From Gemmatimonadaceae bacterium (GTDB lineage Bacteria > Gemmatimonadota > Gemmatimonadetes > Gemmatimonadales > Gemmatimonadaceae), in contig JBHYGA010000001.1 in assembly GCA_051859245.1 (NCBI GenBank), positions 512,001 through 576,000 on the forward strand: DNA of 64,000 nucleotides, written 5' to 3'. Positions 29,749 to 38,958 of this stretch are shown here, in pieces. Every line of letters begins with the position of its first letter. Position 1 is the stretch's first letter. The notes under the pieces are model-generated. The model saw only the letters and a program-made list of their open reading frames with translations, was not told the origin of the DNA and made no database searches. The translations under genes and the position numbers were made by a program.

Positions 29749-30693
29749 CTAGTGCACGCCCATCGTGCTTCTGGCACACGCAGCGCGCCATTGTCCGTTC
29801 CGCGTTGAGTCTCGTTGCACAACGCAGTGATACGTACCAACCATCGTGGCGTGTTTCATCGCAACATCGATAAGCACGGTCGCGTCATCAACACGCTGCG
29901 GCACGAGCGGTGTGAAGATCCATGGATCTTCGCCCGGTGGATCCGGCTCGGGCCGGCGAAACATCGACCCGAAAGTTTTCGGACACCGCCGCGATGCGAC
30001 CACCGTGTACGTGGAACGTGACAAGCGACGCAGCAGGTGAAGCGGTGGTTCTTGGGGTGTGCCTGTCATTCCGAGCGCCAAACACGCGATGCGCGCAGGA
30101 TAGGCAGTATCAACCTGCAGGGACGCAAGAATTGTGTCCATCGCGGCGGCGGCGACCGGTAGATGCAGAGAATCGGCAACCGGGCCGAGAGGTGGCATCT
30201 GCACTGGTCCACCAATGACCGTGCGCCAACGCCGAGGTCCCATCGCTTCACGCGCGAGCGCGCGTGCCGGCAGGAACTGGAGTGCCTCCGCCGGTGGTGG
30301 CACAAACTCGAACAGTTGCTCAACTGTATCCGCTACCTGGCGCCCGGCGCGAATCGCAGGAGCGAATCGCCAACGCGGAATTGCATTTGTCACTGCGCGG
30401 GTGAACAACTCGTGCGCCGACTCGCGTACCATGTAGCTCGCCATGTCGGGGCGTCCGGTTGAATCCACAACGAACGTTACGCGCACCACGCCCCCGAGTG
30501 TCGCAGAGCGCAGCATGGTGGGATACACGGGGACGGAGTTCGCGCTGTCTGGCAACGCCGCGCGATTTGCGGGAGCGCGCTGCGCCGCGAGTGGTACGGT
30601 CAGCAGTGCGCACAACAGCAGCGGTGCGAACGCGTTCGGAATTGCTATCGGCATAGTACGATATGACGTGTCAGCATCGCGAATGTCGGGCAC
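29749..30693 (-). CDS. TonB C-terminal domain protein
   Basis: YPTMLR...GVVRVTFVVDSTGR...WRFAPA. Confidence 0.75.
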   Translation of the reverse strand: MPDIRDADTSYRTMPIAIPNAFAPLLLCALLTVPLAAQRAPANRAALPDSANSVPVYPTMLRSATLGGVVRVTFVVDSTGRPDMASYMVRESAHELFTRAVTNAIPRWRFAPAIRAGRQVADTVEQLFEFVPPPAEALQFLPARALAREAMGPRRWRTVIGGPVQMPPLGPVADSLHLPVAAAAMDTILASLQVDTAYPARIACLALGMTGTPQEPPLHLLRRLSRSTYTVVASRRCPKTFGSMFRRPEPDPPGEDPWIFTPLVPQRVDDATVLIDVAMKHATMVGTYHCVVQRDSTRNGQWRAACARSTMGVH

Positions 30694-30700
30694 ATGAATT

Positions 30701-32284
30701 TTACTGGATTGCTGCGCGCGCTGCCACGGGAATCGAGCCCGCGAACACCCATTCCACCACTACGAGCTCTGCTGCCTGGAGCCACTCACGGTCAAACGGT
30801 ATGGCGGACATGTTGATCTGTTGTGAGCCGCCTGGTGTGAGTCCATAGGTTTCAGGACGCAACAGGCCGTACGTCCTTCCTGAAATGGTCGGTGCGAGCA
30901 GCCACGATCCTGGCGAGTAGTTGGTTTCAAACCACTCCAAGCGCAGTACTTCATTGCGCTGCGTGTTCACCAGCAGAAATGTATAGTGCTCAAGATCCTC
31001 CCATCCGTCACCTGGCAGACGCTCAAACTCCACGCTCAGCTCAGGCTGTGCCGGCAGTGAAAAACTGCGCACCGTGATCGTGCGGCCATTCCGCACCAGA
31101 CGCGCGTTCGTACTAAGCGGCAGTCGACCTAGTAGCAGTGGTTCGCGAAGTTCCATGCTGCCGCGAACAGAAACGTGGGTGATGTTGTGGATGATTTCAT
31201 TATTGATCACCGCCGCGACACCAGTTTCTGACCGGCGCAGGATGACGTTTGCTGATCCAAGCATGCTGCCGATCGTATCCCCAGTCAACGTGCGAACGAC
31301 GCGACGAGGCGAGGCACCGAGCCACGCCAGGTTTGATGGCAGCGGGAGCAAAGGAGCGTTGAGAATCTGCCGTAGAGAAACGGACGACAGCGTACGTGCC
31401 TCTGCGCCGGCAATTCCCAACTGCACGGATGCTGGCTTCCACTGTACACGCTGAGTCGGAGTGAGGCCACTGAAGTTCGGTGCGATCACCAGTCGCTTAT
31501 CGTCGCGCAGTTCACCACCAACCCGCTGCACGAGCTCAGCGGTTACAGTGACATTTTCGGCGTTCACTCGTACGTGCGCGGCATTCACGCTCGGCGTCGC
31601 GAAATGCAGACCGATCAGAATGATGACACTGCCGAACACGCTCGCCCGCGTGGGTAGAGTAGCGCGACGCGCACGGAACATGTGCACCACACCCACGAGT
31701 CCAGCCACTCCTATCAAGATCAACAGGACAGCGGGACCGGACGTATTTCCCACACGGTTGGGCAGCAAACGAGTGGCGACCATGCCGATCAGGAAGAGGG
31801 CAGGTAGCGCGCAAAGCAGCACGAGCAATGCCGCCCGTAGGCTGCTTACAACGGTAGCGGTTAGCGCCGCTGCAGACAGCAGTGCCGCGAGCGGCAGAGT
31901 GCCACGCATTAGCGGCCGCAGCATCAGCGACATTTGCACGTCGAGTGCGCGCAGGAAGATCACCGTTGCAGACGCCGTGAACAACAAGAGTATGCCGATC
32001 ATTACACACTTCGCGGCGAGCACTGCGGACCGCGCGTATGGCAGGCTGGCCCACTGTGCGCGCGGACTAAACAGCGAGTCAGCCAGCATCACTTCCGTCA
32101 CGATCACGACTGCGAGCAGACGGAACACCATTGATCCCAACGGGAGCAGTTCAGTCGATAGCGAAAGGGCAGTGACCGCTTCAGCGATTCCAATCGTGAG
32201 CAGTACTGCATACGCCAGCAGCAACCAGCGCACCGCGCGAACGTCTTTCAGGAATACGTGTGTCACTTGCTGTGTCCAGGACAT
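30701..32284 (-). CDS. Membrane protein, ABC permease-like
   Basis: Multiple TM helices; N-terminus paralogous to the next gene (HVFLKDVR). Confidence 0.7.
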   Translation of the reverse strand: MSWTQQVTHVFLKDVRAVRWLLLAYAVLLTIGIAEAVTALSLSTELLPLGSMVFRLLAVVIVTEVMLADSLFSPRAQWASLPYARSAVLAAKCVMIGILLLFTASATVIFLRALDVQMSLMLRPLMRGTLPLAALLSAAALTATVVSSLRAALLVLLCALPALFLIGMVATRLLPNRVGNTSGPAVLLILIGVAGLVGVVHMFRARRATLPTRASVFGSVIILIGLHFATPSVNAAHVRVNAENVTVTAELVQRVGGELRDDKRLVIAPNFSGLTPTQRVQWKPASVQLGIAGAEARTLSSVSLRQILNAPLLPLPSNLAWLGASPRRVVRTLTGDTIGSMLGSANVILRRSETGVAAVINNEIIHNITHVSVRGSMELREPLLLGRLPLSTNARLVRNGRTITVRSFSLPAQPELSVEFERLPGDGWEDLEHYTFLLVNTQRNEVLRLEWFETNYSPGSWLLAPTISGRTYGLLRPETYGLTPGGSQQINMSAIPFDREWLQAAELVVVEWVFAGSIPVAARAAIQ

Positions 32285-32296
32285 GGCGCTGGGCCC

Positions 32297-33994
32297 TCAC
32301 TCAGACGTTGGGACAACCATCGCGTTCGCCCGAGACTGCCAGTCAATGACCATGAGCTGTGCATCGCTAAGCCAGGCGGCGGATTCATCCATCGAATCAC
32401 GGCCCATGGCTTTCCACGCGATAGCCTGTCCGTCTCCAGTCGCCAGCGTCAAGACAAACCGGTATGCGCAAATGCGAGCACCGTATGATCCTGCGAAGGT
32501 CGTCTTTAGCAGTACCGCTTCGCCTAGCCTGCGATTGATCAACACGAAGGTGGGAAGTCCGCTGCCACACAGCGCTCCTTTGTGTACGTTCTGAACGAGG
32601 ACGCTGGCCACATGAGGCGAACCATTTGGCGTGGCGTCGCGGATAACCACGCGTTGCCCAGCGTGGGTAAACTGCGCGCGTGTCTTCAGTGGAATGTCCG
32701 CGAAGACCACCGGCTCCGAAAACTCAAACTGTGCGCGCAATGTTCGCGCTACGCAACTGGCGGCGATCAGGCGACCACCTGCAGGCACTGCCACCTCTGC
32801 GAATGACAACGAATCTATCTTTCTCGGCGCGCCCACCGGCCAGCGAAGCGAGTGGTCAACTGGCAGCAATGGGAACTGCAGCACGCGGTGTGGAGGAATA
32901 CGAATACTGAGTTCTTGCGGTACGCAGTCGGCGGAGGGATTCCGTTCAAAGAGACCAAGGACCTGTTGCTCGACGCGAAGGTTCGCCGGAATGCCGGTGC
33001 TGCGCACGTGCCATACAGTCGCCAACGAATCACTTTCAGTGTCACGCTGCGCACCAACGCGCGACGAAATCTGAGCCCCGGGAATCAACTGTGAGAGGCT
33101 TGGTCGTTCCGGGAGTGGCGGCGTGAGCTGCAACGTCTCTGGCGCGAACATCAAGCCAGCAAAGGCGAATGACGCGAGTCGTACACCTCGGCCAACAGGG
33201 CGCTGTCGATACAGCACGTACAACCACCACGCGGCGGCGACAATCAGTGTTGGCCGTGCGATGAGCAGCATCGCTGCAGGCACCTTTATCTCGCCGTCAA
33301 TCAGCGTGAACACGACGCCACCTAGCAACGCTGCGATCAGCAGCACTGCAAGTAGCAGCACAACACCGGTCAGGTCGCGAGAGGCCGCGGCAAGCAGCAG
33401 CGCCGCCACGCAGAACGTGATCAAGCCGGTCATCGACTCAAACAGGTGCCCCGGGATGTGCAAGGCCGGCAGCTGTAGCACCAACATTGGAATCGCCCAC
33501 GTGACCGCCGCAAGCATGACCATCGCGAAGGTGAACAACAGCTTCGCTCCCCAAATGGCCGAACGGCTATACGGAAGTGACGGCCAGAGAGCGCGGGGCT
33601 GCGTTGGGTGATCCGCCAGCACAATGAGTCCGCAGATCAACACGGCGATAAACGGCGCGACAATATCCGCGAGTGACGTTCCCACCGGCGTAAGACTTAT
33701 CGCGAAATCACCGCTTCCCGCGTGGTAGGATGTTGGTGCCGGTGTGTTCAGTCTTTCGGGTGTATTGCCTTCTGCCACACGTCCGTCTGGTCTAGCAGCC
33801 TCGAATGTGACTCGGCTCATCGAGTTATCCACGGGCGTGTTTGCAGCGAACTGCGCCAAATCACCAGCTCTTCCCACAGCGAGCGACTGGATCGCCCCAA
33901 TCGCGAGCATGGCGACAAACGCGGCCAGCAACCACCGCTGCGACCGCACATCCTTCGCGAACACATGTCGCACCTGTTCCAACCACGTCATCAT
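32297..33994 (-). CDS. Membrane protein, ABC permease-like
   Basis: HVFAKDVR, WPSLPYSR...AKL; coupled to the ATPase gene. Confidence 0.7.
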   Translation of the reverse strand: MMTWLEQVRHVFAKDVRSQRWLLAAFVAMLAIGAIQSLAVGRAGDLAQFAANTPVDNSMSRVTFEAARPDGRVAEGNTPERLNTPAPTSYHAGSGDFAISLTPVGTSLADIVAPFIAVLICGLIVLADHPTQPRALWPSLPYSRSAIWGAKLLFTFAMVMLAAVTWAIPMLVLQLPALHIPGHLFESMTGLITFCVAALLLAAASRDLTGVVLLLAVLLIAALLGGVVFTLIDGEIKVPAAMLLIARPTLIVAAAWWLYVLYRQRPVGRGVRLASFAFAGLMFAPETLQLTPPLPERPSLSQLIPGAQISSRVGAQRDTESDSLATVWHVRSTGIPANLRVEQQVLGLFERNPSADCVPQELSIRIPPHRVLQFPLLPVDHSLRWPVGAPRKIDSLSFAEVAVPAGGRLIAASCVARTLRAQFEFSEPVVFADIPLKTRAQFTHAGQRVVIRDATPNGSPHVASVLVQNVHKGALCGSGLPTFVLINRRLGEAVLLKTTFAGSYGARICAYRFVLTLATGDGQAIAWKAMGRDSMDESAAWLSDAQLMVIDWQSRANAMVVPTSE

Positions 33995-34914
33995 CGCACC
34001 CCCGCCGTTTCCCGCACGCCGCTGTCCGCACGCGTAAGTGCCACGAATACATCGCGAAGCGACGCATCACTCACGTCCACACGTACTGCGTCCGAGTACC
34101 ACGCACGCGCGGCCGCCTGCAGCACCGCTTCGTTCGGCTCACTCACCAACACCCGCACGCGCGCACCCGCAGCCTCCGCCCACACCCATTCGCGCGGTCG
34201 CACGGCCGGCAACTGCGCACTCGATAGCGACGTCACAATGTCCACCCACCGATAGCGCGCACGCAGCACATCCATCGGCTCATGCAATTGCAGCGTACCA
34301 TTCTTCAGAAACCCAACCCAATCAGCGAGCAGTTCCAACTCCGCCAGATCATGCGACGCAATGATCACCGTCCACCCTTCACGCCCCGACATCTCCAGTA
34401 CGCCACGCACCAGATCATCCTTTACGGCGGCGTCCATGCCCGTGAATGGCTCGTCCATAATGAGCAACTCCGGACGCGGCGCCAGCGCACACAACAACGC
34501 CGCTTTCATATGCTCACCGCGCGAGAGCGTGCGCAACTTGCGTGATGCGTCAAGCTGAAAACGCTCGCGCAGTGAAGTGGCCAGCGCGTGATCCCACGTG
34601 GGATAGAGTGGCGCCACGTAGCGCTCGAGCTGGGCAAGTGTCATGCCGGTAGGCAACTCCATACCTTCGGCCACGTACCCGATGCGCGCGCGATGCGCCG
34701 TAGTGAGTTGCGCCACCGGTGTGTTGAAGACTCGCACCTCACCAGAGGTTGGTGGCAACATCCCCATCAACACTTGCAACAACGTGGTTTTGCCGGAGCC
34801 GTTCGGGCCGAGCAACGCGTACACGGTGCCGGACGGAATGCTCAGTGACACATCACTAAGCGCGACCTGCTTTCCATACCGGTGCGAGAGATGCTGAATC
34901 TCAACAATCGACAT
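33991..34914 (-). CDS. ABC transporter ATP-binding protein (YtrB-like)
   Basis: GPNGSGKT, LSRGE, LLIMDEP. Confidence 0.93.
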   Translation of the reverse strand: MSIVEIQHLSHRYGKQVALSDVSLSIPSGTVYALLGPNGSGKTTLLQVLMGMLPPTSGEVRVFNTPVAQLTTAHRARIGYVAEGMELPTGMTLAQLERYVAPLYPTWDHALATSLRERFQLDASRKLRTLSRGEHMKAALLCALAPRPELLIMDEPFTGMDAAVKDDLVRGVLEMSGREGWTVIIASHDLAELELLADWVGFLKNGTLQLHEPMDVLRARYRWVDIVTSLSSAQLPAVRPREWVWAEAAGARVRVLVSEPNEAVLQAAARAWYSDAVRVDVSDASLRDVFVALTRADSGVRETAGVR

Positions 34915-34928
34915 GCGTAGGGCTCCGT

Positions 34929-35330
34929 TCAGCAGTTGGAAGAATCGTCGCGATGAAAGAGCGCGTCCCAGCGGGCGTTTACGGCGTCGAGCACCGTGCG
35001 CCGATCGAGGCCGAGTCGTCGTGCTTCAACGAGCAGTTGTTCGATGTCGGCGGAGAGCAGCTGTTGGCGCTCTTCTTCGCTCGCTCGCCACCCGGTGGAG
35101 ACCACGGTACCCACGCCGGGCATGACTTCCAGCAGTCCGGTGCGAATCAGCTCGGCCACCACTTTATGGGCGGTGTTCGGATTGATCTTGAGCGCCTGGC
35201 TCAGCTCGCGGACTGATGGGAACGGGGCGCCGGGCGCCATTTCGCCGGAGACCACGGCGCGCGTGGCGGCGTAGACGATCTGGCGGAACGGCGAGTCGCC
35301 GCTGGCGAGGGAAACGTGGAAGGGGAGCAC
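34929..35330 (-). CDS. GntR/YtrA-family regulator
   Basis: PSVRELSQALKINPNTAHKV...PGVGTVV. Confidence 0.92.
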   Translation of the reverse strand: MLPFHVSLASGDSPFRQIVYAATRAVVSGEMAPGAPFPSVRELSQALKINPNTAHKVVAELIRTGLLEVMPGVGTVVSTGWRASEEERQQLLSADIEQLLVEARRLGLDRRTVLDAVNARWDALFHRDDSSNC

Positions 35331-35365
35331 AAGTGTACTATGCGTACTAGTACACCTAACGTCAA
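35331..35365 (-). promoter_or_regulatory. YtrA-type operator and leaderless promoter
   Basis: GTGTACTA-N7-TAGTACAC (35333-35355); TTGACG-17nt-CATAGT-6nt-GTG. Confidence 0.78.
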
Positions 35366-35476
35366 GCCCGGAACCGGACCGGCGGGAGTGGACTAGCTGT
35401 TGGCTGGTACGGGGCGCGTACGATGCGCGCCTGCGCTCCTTCGCTGCGCATTGGCCACTCACTTCTTCTCTGCGTC

Positions 35477-36241
35477 ATGGCAATCGCTGTCCGAATCTTT
35501 CTTGCGTGCGTGCTCGGCGCCCGGCTGCTGTCGGCGCAATCTGTCGACCACAGTCCGTTCTCGACGCTGTTGCAACAGCACGTCCGCGATGGCATGGTGG
35601 ACTACGATGCGTTTCAACGCGCACCGGGTTTCTCGGCCTATCTCAAGACACTCGCGACCACCGATCCTGCCGCGCTCCCACGCCTCGAGCAGCTGGCCTT
35701 CTGGATCAATGCGTACAACGCATACACGATCGCCCAGATCAACGCGCATGGCGAACGGCAATCCATCAAGAATATCAATAAGGCGCTTGGCTTCCTGAAA
35801 ACCGGCGGTCCGTGGCGCGAAAAGATGGCGACGGTTGGAGGCACGGTGTATACGCTCGATGAAATTGAGCATGAGCGTATTCGCCCGGTGTTTAACGAGC
35901 CGCGCGTGCATTTTGCGTTGGTGTGCGCGGCGATCAGTTGTCCGCCACTGCGCAATGAAGCCTACACCGGCGCGCGATTGAACACGCAGCTGGATGATCA
36001 GGCGCGACTGTTCCTGTTGCGTTCGCCCGAGAAGAATCGTGTTGATGTGGCTGGCAAGCGCGTGTACCTGAGCCGCATCTTTGATTGGTACGGCAGTGAT
36101 TTCGCGCCAGATCAGTCCGGGCTGCTGCAGTGGCTCAGCCGATACTGGCCCGCAGGCGCTGAGCGGAATGCGCTGACGGACCGCCGCGTTCGTGTGATCT
36201 GGACGGAATACGACTGGAGTCTGAATGCACAAACGAAATAG
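35477..36241 (+). CDS. DUF547 domain protein
   Basis: LAFWINAYNA, PRVHFALVCAAISCPPL, IFDWYGSDF. Confidence 0.9.
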   Translation: MAIAVRIFLACVLGARLLSAQSVDHSPFSTLLQQHVRDGMVDYDAFQRAPGFSAYLKTLATTDPAALPRLEQLAFWINAYNAYTIAQINAHGERQSIKNINKALGFLKTGGPWREKMATVGGTVYTLDEIEHERIRPVFNEPRVHFALVCAAISCPPLRNEAYTGARLNTQLDDQARLFLLRSPEKNRVDVAGKRVYLSRIFDWYGSDFAPDQSGLLQWLSRYWPAGAERNALTDRRVRVIWTEYDWSLNAQTK

Positions 36242-36857
36242 CCAACGCCATCACGGCGATGGCCGTTGGCTCCTGGTCGCGCTCGCACTGTCCTCGTTGC
36301 TCACGGCCTGCGTTGACGATCCTGGTCGGAATGTGACGCGGCTCGCGGTACCAGGTTCAGGCTCAGTCGCCACACAAGATACCGCGATCCTGCCGATTGC
36401 CGATGTGCGCAAGAGTCAGGCGGCGTCCGTCTCGCAGCGTGTTGCCAATACCGAAATCGCGGTGACGTACAGTCGGCCAGTCGCGCGTGGTCGAGAAATA
36501 TTTGGAGGCATCGTGCCATTCGGCGAGGTGTGGAATCCCGGCGCAGATCAAGCAAGTGCCATCACGTTCAGCCGCGATGTGCGAGTGAACGACAACCCAC
36601 TGCCCGCCGGCACGTACAGTATCTGGGGTAAACCCAATCCGACCGAGTGGACGCTGATTCTGAGTACGGCGGGGAACGTGTATCACACACCGTATCCTGG
36701 CGAGTCAGCCGACGCGTTACGTCTTCAGGTTCCCACGGAAGCGAGCGCGTATGCAGATGTACTCACGTTCGACTTTCCGATGGTGGAAGGCAAACAAACC
36801 ACATTGCGATTGCGCTGGGCAACGACGTCACTGTCGCTCCGCATCGACGTGCCGTAG
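36225..36857 (+). CDS. DUF2911 domain lipoprotein
   Basis: YSRPVARGREIFGGIVPFGEVW, LPAGTYS. Confidence 0.88.
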   Translation: MHKRNSQRHHGDGRWLLVALALSSLLTACVDDPGRNVTRLAVPGSGSVATQDTAILPIADVRKSQAASVSQRVANTEIAVTYSRPVARGREIFGGIVPFGEVWNPGADQASAITFSRDVRVNDNPLPAGTYSIWGKPNPTEWTLILSTAGNVYHTPYPGESADALRLQVPTEASAYADVLTFDFPMVEGKQTTLRLRWATTSLSLRIDVP

Positions 36858-36875
36858 CGCACCACGAGCTGTGCG

Positions 36876-37325
36876 CTACGGCGTGCCAGTTGGCGGTATA
36901 ACAACCTCCGCCATCGCGACGTTGAATGGGTCGCACCAGATGATGATGCGCGTGTACCGCACACCCGCAGGTATCTGAAAGAGGTACGACTGCGCTCCCT
37001 GACGGTTCCGCAGTGCGCCAATACGCAGCGCCTGTCCCGTGTTGGGATTGCTGGTGGTATTGAGATACACCACGGGACCGGGCGTCTGCGCAATCGAAAA
37101 GTCGCTCGAGAAATCGAGTCGCGCAGTCGTGCCTTCGATCGCGAGTGTGGCGCGGCCCGTCACGGCGTAACCGGTGCGCACCCAGGCACCAGAGACGCCG
37201 GCGCCAGTTGGCGCCGTTGTTCCCGGAGTGACTGGGGCCGCATCGGGCGCCGTGGGGGGCGTTGCGCTGTTGCAGCCGACGAGCAACAGCAACACCACGA
37301 CGCTACGAGCTGAACGACGGAGCAT
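36876..37325 (-). CDS. DM13 domain lipoprotein
   Basis: LVGC lipobox; PGPVVYL...GAQSY...IIWCDPF. Confidence 0.8.
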   Translation of the reverse strand: MLRRSARSVVVLLLLVGCNSATPPTAPDAAPVTPGTTAPTGAGVSGAWVRTGYAVTGRATLAIEGTTARLDFSSDFSIAQTPGPVVYLNTTSNPNTGQALRIGALRNRQGAQSYLFQIPAGVRYTRIIIWCDPFNVAMAEVVIPPTGTP

Positions 37326-37372
37326 CTCGTGTTGAGCAGAAGGGAAAGTATGAACAGCGATTCCCGTGATGG

Positions 37373-38179
37373 TCAGGAAGAAACCCGGCGGCCGCGACGA
37401 CGCGATGTGACGCCAAGCATTACCAGGCCAGTCAGTACCATCATCCACGTACCGGGCTCAGGCACCACCGAGACGTCGAAGCGAACAACCTGATATCCAG
37501 CCTGTGTGAAATCGGCGTCTCGAAATCGATCTGACGACAAAATGCGTCCATCGGGATTGAATCCGGGGTGCAGGGCAACCACGCCATTCTCATCGACGCC
37601 GGTGTTCGGCATGGATTGTCCGAAGAACGCGGTGCTGTTCTCAAGTTCGTCGTTGAGTTCCGTACCAGCGTCCCACACCTGCGAGCCCATCACCGTAAAG
37701 GAGAAGTTGCGAAAATTGCCAAGGCCGTCGGTGAGATCGCGCGCTGTGGGGTTCATCGTGGCAATGAACGCATCGTTGCTGGGCACAACCATCGATGCAT
37801 AGCTGAGATAGCGGTGCATGGGATTCGACGCGTCCAGCATGAACGTGTGCGTGGCGGACTCTCCGCCGAGGAATACTCCGGACGGTCCAGGCAGCGTGGT
37901 CTGAGTGGTGAAGCCCGCGCTTCCGAACGTCTCGGCGAGCACGGCGGTGTTGCCATCTTCAGCAATCGCTTCAAGACCGGCGCTGGCTGCGCTGCCGGCG
38001 GTGAAGACGCGGAACGTACCGTTGTGTACACCAAGCCACATGGGCGTGAGTGCTGTGCCGTTTGCTGGAGACAGCGCGGTGACGCGAATCCGTACCGCAG
38101 TTTGCGCGCCTGCAACGGAGGTACCCGTGATGAGCGAGAGCGCAAGAGCGGCGGCGAGGCGATGGATAGAACGAGACAT
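37373..38179 (-). CDS. Spondin-domain PEP-CTERM protein
   Basis: AEDG, ASMVVPSNDAF, WDAGTELNDE; C-terminal VPEPGTW-TM-RRR. Confidence 0.88.
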   Translation of the reverse strand: MSRSIHRLAAALALSLITGTSVAGAQTAVRIRVTALSPANGTALTPMWLGVHNGTFRVFTAGSAASAGLEAIAEDGNTAVLAETFGSAGFTTQTTLPGPSGVFLGGESATHTFMLDASNPMHRYLSYASMVVPSNDAFIATMNPTARDLTDGLGNFRNFSFTVMGSQVWDAGTELNDELENSTAFFGQSMPNTGVDENGVVALHPGFNPDGRILSSDRFRDADFTQAGYQVVRFDVSVVPEPGTWMMVLTGLVMLGVTSRRRGRRVSS

Positions 38180-38355
38180 TCGGAATGCTCCGGGACAGTG
38201 GATAGGCTCGGGTTGAGCACGAACAGCGGCTCACCGCAATGGAGAACCCGGAATGCCGACAAACCGGATCATTGGCGTTGGGCCTGCGGCGTCGGCCCTT
38301 GCGCCGTTCGCTATCGAGGCGCAACTCTTCGCTCGACGATTTCTGGGGAGTGCCG

Positions 38356-38958
38356 GTGCATCAGACGGAAGACACGATCACGGACCTTCTGCGCGAATGG
38401 GCGCGCGGAGACGCACCGGCCGGTGATCGATTGTTCGGGATTGTGTACGACGAGTTGCGCGCGATCGCGCGACGGCAGCGCCGTCGCTGGCGCGGTGATG
38501 ACACGCTCGATACAACGGCGCTGGCGCATGAGGTGTACCTTCGACTTCGCGGTTCGGCGGCGTTCAGTCCGCGCGACCGCGCGCATTTTTTTGCGATCGC
38601 TGCCCGCGCCACTCGGCAGATTCTCAGCAACTACGCGCGCCGCCAGCATGCTGACAAGCGCGGCGCCGGCGAACCCACGGTTGCACTCGAGGAGTTCGAC
38701 ATGCGTGCACCAGCCTGGTCGAGTCTCGAGTGGTCTGCGATTGATCGGTTATGGGACCTTGAAGTGGCGCTTCGACAACTTGAAACGATCTATCCGCGCG
38801 CGTGTCAGGTGGTCGAGTGCCGATACTTTGGTGGATTGTCGATCCCCGGAACCGCCGCCGCATTGGATATCTCGGAAGCCACTGTGAAACGTGATTGGGC
38901 GCTGGCACAAGCCTGGCTCTTCCGCGCGCTTCGTGAGCATGGACCCGATGACGCCTGA
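38356..38958 (+). CDS. ECF sigma factor, Ser/Thr-kinase-associated type
   Basis: ITDLL...VYDELRAIA...TTALAHEVYLRL...VECRYFGGL...TVKRDWALAQAWL. Confidence 0.9.
   Translation: MHQTEDTITDLLREWARGDAPAGDRLFGIVYDELRAIARRQRRRWRGDDTLDTTALAHEVYLRLRGSAAFSPRDRAHFFAIAARATRQILSNYARRQHADKRGAGEPTVALEEFDMRAPAWSSLEWSAIDRLWDLEVALRQLETIYPRACQVVECRYFGGLSIPGTAAALDISEATVKRDWALAQAWLFRALREHGPDDA

Noticed and set aside
35354..35360. ACCTAAC as an attC box
   Set aside because: Lies inside the GntR promoter/operator; no partner GTTRRRY hairpin
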